NCBI GenBank assembly: GCA_023920165.1
Contig: CP089276.1
Coordinates: 3,224,001-3,288,000, forward strand
Length of the DNA stretch: 64,000 nucleotides
From: Curvularia clavata
Lineage: Eukaryota
Direction of reading: 5' to 3'
Below, in pieces: positions 24,419 through 35,386 of the stretch. The position numbers and the translations under genes were made by a program. Each line of letters begins with the position of its first letter. Position 1 is the first letter of the stretch. Under the pieces are notes generated by a model, which worked only from the letters and a program-made list of their open reading frames with translations, was not told the origin of the DNA and ran no database searches.

Positions 24419-27400
24419 CTAATTCACCTTGTAATCATTACCTCCGCCACACCAGCACCGGCCGTCACTCTCCTTCTCAACATGGATGACGACATCCATG
24501 CCACGGTCCTTGAGGAACTGGTGGGAACGTTCGCGGACGTCTTCCAGATCTGCGACAGGGGAGGCAATGACATGGATCACGCCAAGAATGCGCCGTTGTT
24601 TGGGGGCATGATTGTGGTCGTGGTCGTGGTCGTGATGATCGTGGGAGTGTGAATGGGAGTGAGAGTGGTCATGTGAGTGATCGTGCGAGTGCGCGTGCGC
24701 GTGCGAGTGTGAATGGCTATGGTCGTGGCTGTGGTCATGGTTGTGCGAATGAGAATGGTCATGCTCGTGATGATCGTGCGGTTCACCTCCATGCTCATGT
24801 CCACAGGCATCGTCGTCCTTGGCATGGGCCTCCGCATGTGCAGCTCCTTCGTCTTCAAGCCAGAACCTGGGTACTGCATAGCCGACAACGCCTCTTAGAG
24901 TGCCCAGCTCTCCCAACGCGTTCCTGATGCCGTACTCGACATCGCTGGGTAGACTGAGCATCAGTCTCGCTCCACTAGACTTGACAAGAGGAATAGCCGA
25001 AAGGAAGATCAGAACAGCAATGATACAAGACGCAATCGGATCCCATCCGGACCAGCCGTAGTACTTGGTCAGAAGCGTGGAGATGATGACGGCAACGGAG
25101 CCAAGAGCATCGGCAAGAATATGGAGGAAGATACCCTGCATGTTTTCGTTGTCGTGCGAGTGCCCGTGGCCGTGGTCGTGACCGTGACCGTGATCATGTC
25201 CATGATCGTGTCCATGACCATGGTGAGCATGTCCAAAAGCAGTGAGGCCAACGATGTTGACCAAGAATCCCAATATACTGACAATCAGCAATTCGTTCAG
25301 GCGCTGAAGCTCGTGCCCTTCCCACAAACGCTCAAAAGCATCGAAAATGATTTCTACACTGACAAGTCTGTACAGGTTAGCTTGAGTTTGGTGAGAATCA
25401 GAAAGTAACTTACAAGAGAAACACGCCGTTTGCAAAGCCTGACAGCGTATCAATCTTGCCATAGCCGTACGGAAAACGAGCGTTTGGGCGCCATTTGCTC
25501 ATGACTGCAGCCGCAAGACCTACGGCGAGACCAGCACAGTCAAAGAGCATGTGGATACTGTCAGTAAGCAAGCCCAATGAGCCGCTCACAAAGCCATAAA
25601 AGAACTGGACCATCATGAAAGCCAAGTTTAAGCTACACAAGGTTAGAAAATTGTTTGCGTGTCTCTCTGGCTGCCGAGTTTGGCAAAAGATAGAACTTAC
25701 ACGCCAAAGTATGCAATTCGCCGCGAATCCCTTTCAATCAATATACTATGGATGATTGAGCCCGGAGTAGAACGCGCAATCAGGAATGCCGAAATCCTGG
25801 AGTGGTTCCCATGGAGATGATGGTCGTGCTTATGGCTATGGTCGTGGGCATGCGCATGGTTATGAGAGTGTGGTACTGGCGAGCGAGTTTCGAAAGAGAC
25901 GGCCGCAAGAAGCACTGCGCATACGAATGGGAAGGCGATGTTCAGATGACCACCGTGCTCCCAAAAGCTAAAGGCAAAAATGAGAATGCCGCTCAATCTT
26001 AGTCCTACTTGCTTCTGACTGCGCAATGATGTGGGAAGGGAGAAACAGACAAGCGCCGCCGCTGATGCAATAGACAAAACATAAAATACAACAGTGTGTT
26101 GAGATAGCGAAAAGACTGCCGAAGAAGAAACGAACGAATATAGAACAGTGGCGGTAAGAAGGGTAAGGCCCGCGGCAAACGTAAACAGTTGATTCTCAGC
26201 GGTGTTAATCAGTGGGGATGAAGGCTTCGGCAACGAAGCCCGAAGGGGCCGTTGGCTCGTGAATGAACCCTGGTTTTGTGTGGTCATGAGGGACCAGGCA
26301 GCTGTAGGTAGAGGTGGTGGGAATAAGAAGATTGAAATCAAAAGGGCTACATAGCCGATCATGATGGTAAACGTGTTTTCGGAGACCATTGTATCTGCAA
26401 GCATAGCCAGAGAAAGCGTGCCGCAGGTTATCTTGCGTGTCCTCAACGTCCGCCGGGCATCGTCCCACGGCGTGTGATTGCCTGGCTTTTGGTCTAGAGC
26501 TCCAATTCCCGCTGCTACAGCGATGAGCAAGACAAGAGCAGTTCTTGCCCCTCCAAGCTGCAAGGAGGCGTAAAAGGGCAAGAGTACGCCAATGACGTTG
26601 CTGGCAGTGCGCCTAAATGTGCTGCCAAAGTCCAAAGTAGTCTTGTCTTCTTTCCGCCTATCCAGTGGCTGGAGAGTGGAGTTTACTTTGGCTGCTGCGC
26701 CCACTAGGAGCAGTGTCGCAGAGGAAAGAACCAGAGCATGAAGTAATGGTGGCCCGTCTGAAACTTTCGTGTATTCAGTACCAGATGCGATTTCGGCTAT
26801 GGCTTCTGCAAGCAATGACGATGCTTTCTGTGGCGGCTGGGTATGGCTGGGGTATGCCAAGGCGGCGAAGAGATATGGGAGAGGAATGAGCAGGGCAGTA
26901 AGGGCTTCAGGAAGCTGTAGCCATGACCTGGGTTGTGTGTTAGTTGAGCTCTGTCAAGATGTATCATTACTATGCTTACGAGGATGTGGAAGTTGAGGCG
27001 GCCTGAGGAGCACCTTCGTCTATGGGCGACACTGGCGAGAAGCCATACTTGCCGATAGGCGTGTTGTTGGATGATGCGCGCCCAAGGTCAGACTCTCCTC
27101 TCGGCCTGCCCTTTGACCTGGCCATGCCCGCATTCAAGAAGGGCTTGAGCGTGTATGTCGAATCATTGGAGACTGATCTCTCGTGGCCATTGGCATGGGT
27201 ATTGGCATTGTACTCGGCATACTGGGAGCGCACTGCGCCGTACAGCTGCCCCGTGGTGTTGGACTCGGAGTGGTTGTGTCGGTGACCATGACCTCTGGCG
27301 GGGGATGCGCCGTTGGTGGCATTGGTCGGACGCGGCGGTGGATTGGGCGTGTACTGCGATTGCGAGCGTCCATGGCTATGTGCATGCGATGCCGGGGAGA

Positions 27401-27425
27401 CTGGCAGGGCGTATGTCGACGCCAT
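24419..27425 (-). CDS. MSC2: Cation diffusion facilitator Zn transporter (Msc2/Cis4/ZnT5-7-like) with long N-terminal TM region and His-rich loops; three introns
   Basis: SRRIAYF..LNLAFMMVQFFYGFVSGSLGLLTDSIHMLFDC..FPYGYGK..NMQGIFLHILADALGS..DPIAS. Confidence 0.88.
24607..24795 (-). repeat. (His-X)n low-complexity coding tract in the C-terminal domain of the CDF transporter
   Basis: HEHGGEPHDHHEHDHSHSHNHDHSHDHSHSHSHAHAHSHDHSHDHSHSHSHSHDHHDHDHDHNH. Shorter His tracts lie at ~25150-25235 and ~25805-25870. Confidence 0.9.
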
Positions 27426-27847
27426 CTGCTGGGAGCGCCGTGTGTTGCTGGCGGGGAAAGTCGTGACTCGCAATCAAGTAGTCCACGATATCGGAGGGCC
27501 CCAGCTATCAGCGGTGAAACAAGGGCTCAGTCGCGTCGCCACACAGGTGGCTGGCACATGGGGAACGGGCGAAGAAGCAATGCGGCGAACAGAGAGCCCA
27601 ACGGCTGTGGAGAAGAGGCTGCGCAGCCGCTTAAGACACGACGTCTGGATGAATGTCTTCTGGGTGCTTTTTCAGGGGTGCTTCCTATCATCGTCCTACC
27701 GTACCTGCGCGGCCGCCTTCCCCTTTTGGTTAAACACACTCTCCGCAAATTGCACCGCCACAGTGATCCCTAGCAGCTGACGCACGTGGCGGTAGCTTTC
27801 CCGCATGAGCCTCACCATTGGCCACCAACACTAACTCAACACCAAAC

Positions 27848-29381
27848 ATGTTCGACGACGACAGCACGCCGGCAGCAGCACTCAAGGACGGCAGCCTCTT
27901 CTCCGTCGTGCTGAGTGTCGTGCTCGTGCTGTCCACGCTGTTTACCCTTTTCCTGCTGACGCTGCCCCGCCAGTATGATCCGTATCAGGACAAGTCGCTG
28001 AAGTTTGTCGACGACAAGGGAAAAGAAATAAAGACAACGACACGAGACGGAAAGGAGCCTCCGCGGTGGAAGCAAGGGCGGTCGGTGCAGGTAGTCGTGT
28101 TGGGCGACATTGGACGATCTCCCCGTATGCAGTACCATGCACTGAGCCTCGCTAAACACGGCGCCAGAGTCACGCTTGTCGGCTACCAAGGTGAATGCGG
28201 TCTGCCATGGCAATACTATCAATGGCTGACCCATACCAGAGTCTGAGATACTGCCAGAGATTGTCTCTAATCCTTTGATTGACATTCTCCCCCTGTCTCC
28301 AGCACCAAGCATCCTGCGCTCAAGCAGCAAACTTCTCTTCCCCATCTTGGCTCCTCTCAAAGTCCTCTGGCAGATTTTCTCTCTGTACGCCGTTCTGGGC
28401 TACCGATCTAGGCCCACAAGATGGACGCTTGTGCAAAATCCCCCTTCAATTCCAACTCTTGCCGTGGCAAGTCTGGTATGCTTTCTGCGACGCACTAATC
28501 TGGTCATCGATTGGCACAACTTTGGCTACTCCATACTAGCCATGAAGCTTGGTGACACCCATCCTCTCGTTCGGATATCAGAAAGATATGAAAAGATATT
28601 TGCAAAGGCGGCCGCAAGCCACATTACAGTCACCGATGCGATGGCCCGCGTTCTCAAAGTCGACTATGGCGTAACCGCACAGGCTCTTCACGACCGCCCA
28701 GCATCTGCCTTCCAGCCCATCAGTACTGCGGACCGCGAGAAATTTCTCAAGAGACTTCCGGAAACGGCCGAATTCGCACAGGATCTCTCACCCAATTCCA
28801 AGACGCCCTGGAGGCTCATCGTAAGCGCTACGTCCTGGACTGCTGACGAAGACTTCTCTATCCTCTTATCTGCGCTTGTTGCCTATTCTGCTGAGTGCAC
28901 TTCAAAGACGTACCTGCCCAAGATTCTCGCCATCATCACTGGCAAAGGGCCCCAGAAGGAATATTATCTGTCAAAGATCAATGAACTCAATCAGCAGAAG
29001 AAGCTGCTAAACGTCATTATCAAGACAGCATGGCTAACTCATGCCGACTATGCTCTTCTTCTTGCCTCTGCGGACCTTGGTGTTTCACTGCATACGTCAT
29101 CCTCTGGCGTCGATCTCCCAATGAAAGTTGTTGACATGTTCGGAGCTGGATTGCCTGTTGTGGGTTGGGGCAAGTTTGAAGCATGGCCCGAGCTAGTCAA
29201 GCAAGGCGTAAACGGTCTTGGGTTTCAAAGTCCCGAAGAGCTTGCTCTGCATTTGACGGCTTTCTTCGGAAGTGATAGCAAATTAAGAGAGACACTGAAA
29301 GTAGGCGCGCTAGAAGAAAGCAAGCGTAGATGGGACGATGAGTGGGACGGTGTAGGCAGAGAGCTTTTCAAGCTGACGTGA
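27848..29381 (+). CDS. ALG1: Chitobiosyldiphosphodolichol beta-1,4-mannosyltransferase; intron 28191-28239
   Basis: [72 protein letters not shown]. Confidence 0.96.
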
Positions 29382-29630
29382 GTTATTGAGCGTCGTTGGT
29401 GTGCGCGAAATTACATTATCTTAAAACAATTATGATACCCAACAAGCTGGAAAGATGAAAACGCCTAGCTATAACTAATACCAACTCGCAAACTAACATC
29501 AGCTTACACTAAAGCGCGCTCTACTCAACAACACCGACATTCTAATGAATGTCTAATATGTCGTCAAGACTAGCCTCATCCCTAGGCCTCTGATCAACAT
29601 CTCCCACTCGCCCATCACCCGTGCTCAAAC

Positions 29631-30734
29631 TCACTCCTCAAGCCTCTCTACCAGCGAATCTATCAGTCCAACCCTCGTATGAGTAAACGTCGGATCCAAC
29701 ATCCACATAGCCCTCGCAACTTCTTCAGGGTACCTCTCCACCCACCTCAAATAGCGCCTGCGACCCCAAAGCACGTCCTTGAACTCCCTCAATACCGCCC
29801 TCTTATTCTGAAACACCATCAGCATATCTGATGAAATGCGCTGGCTCTTCAATCGGCTCGCTAAATATGTTTTCGGGCCAAGATAGCTCCAGGGCATGGC
29901 GGAAAAGGGGGACGTGGGGAAGTACGCTCGGTCAGAGGCTATGTAGGCGCTGTAGACGATGCTTTGTTTGATGCGTTCTGATATGCCAGAGTAGAGGTAA
30001 GCGGGTGTGGTGCTGATTGTATGTTCGAAATATGCCAGGCTGGCTTCATAGCGGTTCATGAGCAGTTCCATTTCTGTGTTGGCGAGCATCGAGGCTGTCT
30101 GGCCGTGGGTATCCGTGTGGTGGCGGAAGAGACTCATAAGGTCCTGGTATAACACCACGGTATGGACTTCGATGCTGTAATGTGCCAAATGGGGTGCTTG
30201 TAACATGAGCTGCGTGTGTCCATTGTAACTTTCTCCTGCGGTAGATGGTGTGTCGATGCGGTCGCTCCCGTATTCAATAGATGGCGTGCCATTAACTCTG
30301 ATTTCTGGCCCGCTGTAAAGAGAGTAGTCCTCGTCACTATCCTCCATACTCTCATATTCGGATAGCCCTGAACTCGAATCAGATGTTACATCTTCCACCT
30401 GCCCATGTACGAGAGTGCCAGCGTGAGAGTGAATTGCTTGTTGCGTTTCCCATGGACTAAGATCCCTTCCTGTTGTATCTTCGACTTCGAAGTCGTACCA
30501 CACCGTGCTTGAGGTTATTCTAAAATGCATCTCGCTCAGTGAAGCGTAGCCGTACACTTCAGCTAGGTTTTCTTGCATCCACGACGTGTGCTCTGGTCTG
30601 GGGCGATTAGCTGGGTGGGAACGAGGCACTACAAGCGCTTCAGTGTCTTGTCCGTCTTCCTCTTGACTTTCTATTGGTACTGTGGGAGCAGTTTCTGTCT
30701 GTCGGTGAGCGACGAGCCAGTGCTGTAGATTCAT
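29631..30734 (-). CDS. Hypothetical protein (367 aa) with an acidic middle region
   Basis: Long uninterrupted ATG ORF; no recognisable motif. Confidence 0.65.
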   Translation of the reverse strand: MNLQHWLVAHRQTETAPTVPIESQEEDGQDTEALVVPRSHPANRPRPEHTSWMQENLAEVYGYASLSEMHFRITSSTVWYDFEVEDTTGRDLSPWETQQAIHSHAGTLVHGQVEDVTSDSSSGLSEYESMEDSDEDYSLYSGPEIRVNGTPSIEYGSDRIDTPSTAGESYNGHTQLMLQAPHLAHYSIEVHTVVLYQDLMSLFRHHTDTHGQTASMLANTEMELLMNRYEASLAYFEHTISTTPAYLYSGISERIKQSIVYSAYIASDRAYFPTSPFSAMPWSYLGPKTYLASRLKSQRISSDMLMVFQNKRAVLREFKDVLWGRRRYLRWVERYPEEVARAMWMLDPTFTHTRVGLIDSLVERLEE

Positions 30735-33700
30735 TGCGGAGCAGACATGCGTGATACTTAAAACGGTAATGCTCGAACGAAGGCAGATGCAAGGCGTTGC
30801 TGGGACAAGAACAAAACGGTGACGCTGGTGCTAAGAAAACTGGTCTAAAACTACGTTTAGCGATGTACACTAAAGATCGAGAACTTGTGATGTTAGGTAA
30901 ATGGCGTGTGTGGGTGGGTGGAGAGGAAGGAGTGGTTTTCACTTAGCATATGAGCTGTGAGCTGCGTGGTTTTTCTTAACCAGAGCTCTGGTCTATACTT
31001 GCGGTTCACATGTCTAGGTCACAGCTTCTAGCCATGTCTCTCTCCTGGTACACATCCACATTTACGGTCCGCCTGGTTCCAGCAGTGACATACCTTCCTT
31101 TACGCCTGACCCACATAGATTCTGTAATGCATCGTCTGTGGATGGTTTGGTGCTGACAAAGGTGGAAGAGAACCATTTTTCTAGAAAAGTTCAAGACAAT
31201 ATCGGATGATGGGGGTTTTTCAGGCGAGTTGTGTTGGGCAGCGGGGCAGTGTGGCGCGAGGAAACATAGCCAATGCCTGGATGCGCATTGCTAAAATGGG
31301 AAAAAGTATTTAGACAGTAGAGCTAGAGCAAGGAGCGTGTTTTACCAGGTATCTATGTTCCTGTTAGATGCGATGCATAGAGATATGATGAGATGTACGT
31401 CTTATGATACTATGGTACAAAGATAGGTGGGTGGGGATGGTCTGGACTGAAGGGAGCTTGGGGGGAGGCACTGCCTGAGGTCCTGTGGATCCTCAAGCTC
31501 CAATCTCTGGGTCTACAAAAAAGCCGGTCTTTAGAGGAAAGACACTCGGGTGACAGATATGCCAAAGGAAGCATGAAATAGTCATCAATGAAGACGAAAA
31601 CGCTGGTTACGAGTGGAAGACAGAGTCATTGGCATAATGCAACTGACGTGAAAACGGTCGTGTTTTGGGCAACTTTGCGAGTACCGTAATTGCATCGAAT
31701 GCAAAAAGGATCAGAAGACTGCGCAGGAAATATGAGACGCAAGTCCGACCAGTACTCGGTTCCCTGGGAACTAGGATCAATAGGCAATGACTGGTGTATA
31801 CGTTTCTGACGCGACAGCTGCAGGTGGCACACGACCACAGCCATGGTTTGCCTCACTACCGCGTACAGACGTGCATAATCTCAAACATTATTCTCGTCTC
31901 CAATCCAACAGGCGACTGTATTTGTTGACCGCCTTCGCCTATAACTTGATGGCTCTGCAAGGCATATGGATAACCTTCAACATTCCCAGCTCTTCTGACC
32001 TTCTAAGCCACATGCCACTTACGCAAGTTCCAAGAGAGATTGACATGCCGCAACTTTCCATAACGAAAGAGATGAGAAAGAAAAATGTAACCATGAGAAC
32101 GGGTTTCCTACTGTCCAAGAAAAACTACGCGTACTTTCTGTTTGATGGTAAGCATCCGTCTAGCTCTGACAAGGGGCCGCAAAGACAGTCACGCCAAGTG
32201 CTCTTGTTCTTGTCTTCTTGTTATAGCCTAGGCGAAAAAGGCTGTGTGTAGGAAAAGACCACGAAAAGCTTGGCCAGTGCAAGTATCGCATCGTGCATTG
32301 AATAGGTGATGACTTGTAATTTCGCACACTGGACAGGCCCCTAATTTTTCAGCGAGGCCGGCAATTAGTACCGTGGAGCACGTATAGCGATAATACTGTA
32401 AATGAAAAAGAGAAAAGATTAGCATACTTCAGTCCTGCATGATTCAAGTAAATTACCCAAGTTCTCATCTCTCCGCCTTAAACACATGAGCCGCCACACT
32501 GGTCAAGCGTGCCTACCATCGCAGCCCAATTACATTTCTCACATCTTACACTTGTTCTACATGGCACGGCAGTCACATGGCCATTCTCCAACCAAACTCC
32601 AACACAGCCTTGCACCGCCGCAAGAAACGCGCGTAGTAAGACGGCACCAACTACACAGACTGAGGCATGATCTCCAAGACCCCAAGAAATTAGAACAGCC
32701 GAAAAGCAAAGCCCCCATCTCTGGTCTTGGCACTCTTACCACTGCCCATGGCCCTCATCTTGGCGAAAGGCCCATGCATCCCAATTCGCTGCGCTGTTAG
32801 GAAGGGGTCCCCAAGCTTTTTTCCACCGCATGCTGTGGCGGAAGGCTTGGCTGGGGAGATCGTCACGGATGTTTGCGCGTGTGCCGTAGTAGTACTCGCC
32901 GATATTCCCGCTCAGCCCTACCACTCCACTCCCTCTTCTGTGTAATACGGTTCCCCCGCGTAACGATACGCCCGTTTCGCAAAACCAACCTCGAAGAAGA
33001 AAGCAAAGAAGGGGAGACGAAGGACCCTTATATCTACTTTTCTCCCGTGGAAAAGAACAAACCCGTAATTTCCTTCCATCAATGCCTATAATCAAATCAC
33101 CGTCATCTTCTCTTTCTCCCTCTCTCCTACCATCAAGTCCTTCCGCGGACTCCACCCCGGCCCGCCCACATCATATCCACACACGTCCATAGAGCGTGAT
33201 ACACCTATGTAATACCGCCGACCGTGCCAAGCCCAGCATCACATCCTCCATCCCCTTTGCCTTCCGCCCAGTCTCCATACTATTTTTACGTAGCATTATC
33301 CAGGAATGCCATTCAGACGAACAATGTGATTGGTCCCGCTGCACCCCATTTCCCTACTCGCTGCAAAACAACCAATCCAAGCGCTGTTTACGCACGCGAC
33401 TTAAAACCCCAGGGTATAGTTTGGCTGCTGCCGACGACGGGCCGATGAAAGGAAGGTTTGGCATTTGCCCATGCTGAGCCATGCTTTTTGGCTGTCGTCA
33501 TCATCATCATCCGTCCATGTCATAGACCAGTCCCAAGCGTTTTATTCTTGGTTCTTTTTGAGGGGTCCGGCAGGGGTAGAGCCAGGTCATCGGTAGAGAG
33601 AGGGAGAGAGTGGTCTTGGCACTATGATATGCTGGCATGGGTGTTTTGTATGTTTGGGCCACGACGGGTGAGTGCTATGTGTGCGGGATGGGCATTGTAG

Positions 33701-33912
33701 AGCCGAAAGGGGAAAAGGATGGGTGCTTGGGACAGGACACAGCCTTTCTTGGAGAAGAAAGAGATATGATATAAGTAGATGCTTTTCCCAGCGTAAGGGG
33801 AGTATCAATAACAAGTCATCGATTCAAATATATAAGAGTGAAACAGCTATACGAACGGAAGCAACGTACTTCTATCCATCTTCTCAAGGAGCGGAATTTA
33901 CACAAGCAAGAA

Positions 33913-34772
33913 ATGAAAATGCAATTCAACACCCTCGCTCTCGCTTTTGTCCTTGCCTCTGCCGGCCTCGCTAAGAAACTCGACTACGATGACATTCCCC
34001 AGCGGTGTCTCGATGTCTGCACTCCAGTTGCCGAGCTAGAGCAGAGGTGCGATGACACCAACAAGCGTAAGTGCCTTTGACTCTATACCCCTAACGGCCT
34101 TTAAACTACCCAGCTAACATATCTCCCACACAGCCGACAACGACTTCCTCGAGCGCCAATGCGTCTGCACCGCCCAAGACGCCAACACCATGATCCCCAA
34201 CTGCGCAAACTGTATCTGGGAGAACGGCGGAAAATTCGACAATGGTACTTTTCCCTTCCTTTCCCTTCCCTCCCCTCCCCTCCCCTTCTATCATACATGA
34301 CTAACATGAAACTTTTCCAGATGCCGAAGAGCTTGTTCGTGAATGCGGTTTCAACGCGCCTGCACCCTCAGGCGTTCGTCCAAATGGCCCTCCTATGTAC
34401 TCGGGAGCTCCACGCCCGGATGGAAATGGTGGGCAGCCTGGAGGCGGTGCCGGCCAGGGTAATCCGGGGAATGGGCAGGGCAATCCGGGCAATGGCCAGG
34501 GTAACCCGAATAACGGTCAAGGCAACCCAAATAACGGTCAAGGCAATCCGAATAACGGTCAAGGCAATCCGAACAACGGCCAAGGTAACCCAAACAATGG
34601 GCAGGGCAATGGTCAAGTTCAGGGTAACGGTCAGGGCAACAACAACAACAACCAGCCCGTTACCCAGGGCAGCACTGACAGACAACCACTTCCCAATGCT
34701 GCAACTACGCCTACAGCTACCATGGCAGTCGTCGCCGGTGGGCTCGTTGGTTTCGCTGCCTTCTTGTTGTAA
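33913..34772 (+). CDS. Secreted Cys-rich, probably GPI-anchored protein (CAP22-like) with a G/N/Q repeat stalk; introns 34067-34133 and 34245-34320
   Basis: Spliced: signal peptide; 8-Cys domain IPQRCLDVC..RC..QCVC..NCANC..RECGF; (GQGNPNN)n; hydrophobic C-terminus VVAGGLVGFAAFLL*. TATATAA at ~33828. Confidence 0.85.
34454..34650 (+). repeat. 21-bp-unit coding minisatellite (GQGNP[G/N]N x~7) followed by an Asn run
   Basis: Repeated ggtcaaggcaa(c/t)cc(a/g)aa(t/c)aac units, diverged mainly at synonymous positions. Confidence 0.9.
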
Positions 34773-35386
34773 GCCGGGTAGTGGTTTTCATCCTAGGTGG
34801 TCAAATCATGTGTGGTTAGTCATGGTAATGAGTGTCAACGATTGATGAACTTGGGAGGGAAAGATTGCATAATATTTGTCCATTGGTATCTCTTTGCGCG
34901 TCGCTATGCTGTAACTATTGGAGTACAAATCAACCAAAGCATTCAAATGAAAACATTTCGAAACAAGATTTGGTAATTGATACAAGGGTCCTTGCTTCGA
35001 GCAGCAGGAGAAAACAGGGCGCCGTAAATGCATGCTCTATATGTGATGTGAGGTGGTAGCGAAGACAGTGCGAAAACAGTGAGCAAGCGAATAAAATGGC
35101 CTCAACGCTTCAGGACTATCCTAGCAGTTGAGCGGAGGCGTCTTTGGGACCAGTAGCGAGACTCGTTGCATTGATGCTTGGCAAGATGGAAGTTCAAATG
35201 GAGCCAGCCTGAAGCAACCTGGAGTATGCACCTCTGGTGAGCAAACGAACACGATACCCTTGATCCCAAGAGGAATAGTCCAGGATAGTTGGGTTGTATT
35301 CGCAGCAGGGCGGTGGTTCGTGGAATGTTGGCCTCGTGATGCAGGTTGTGCACGGAAATTTGTCGATTTTACGAAGAGAAATCCGC

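Noticed and set aside
34251..34288. (CCCTT/CCCCT)n tract
   Set aside because: An ordinary intronic pyrimidine microsatellite.
34454..34650. CRISPR-like or mobile repeat array
   Set aside because: It is a coding minisatellite without spacers, in a eukaryotic genome.
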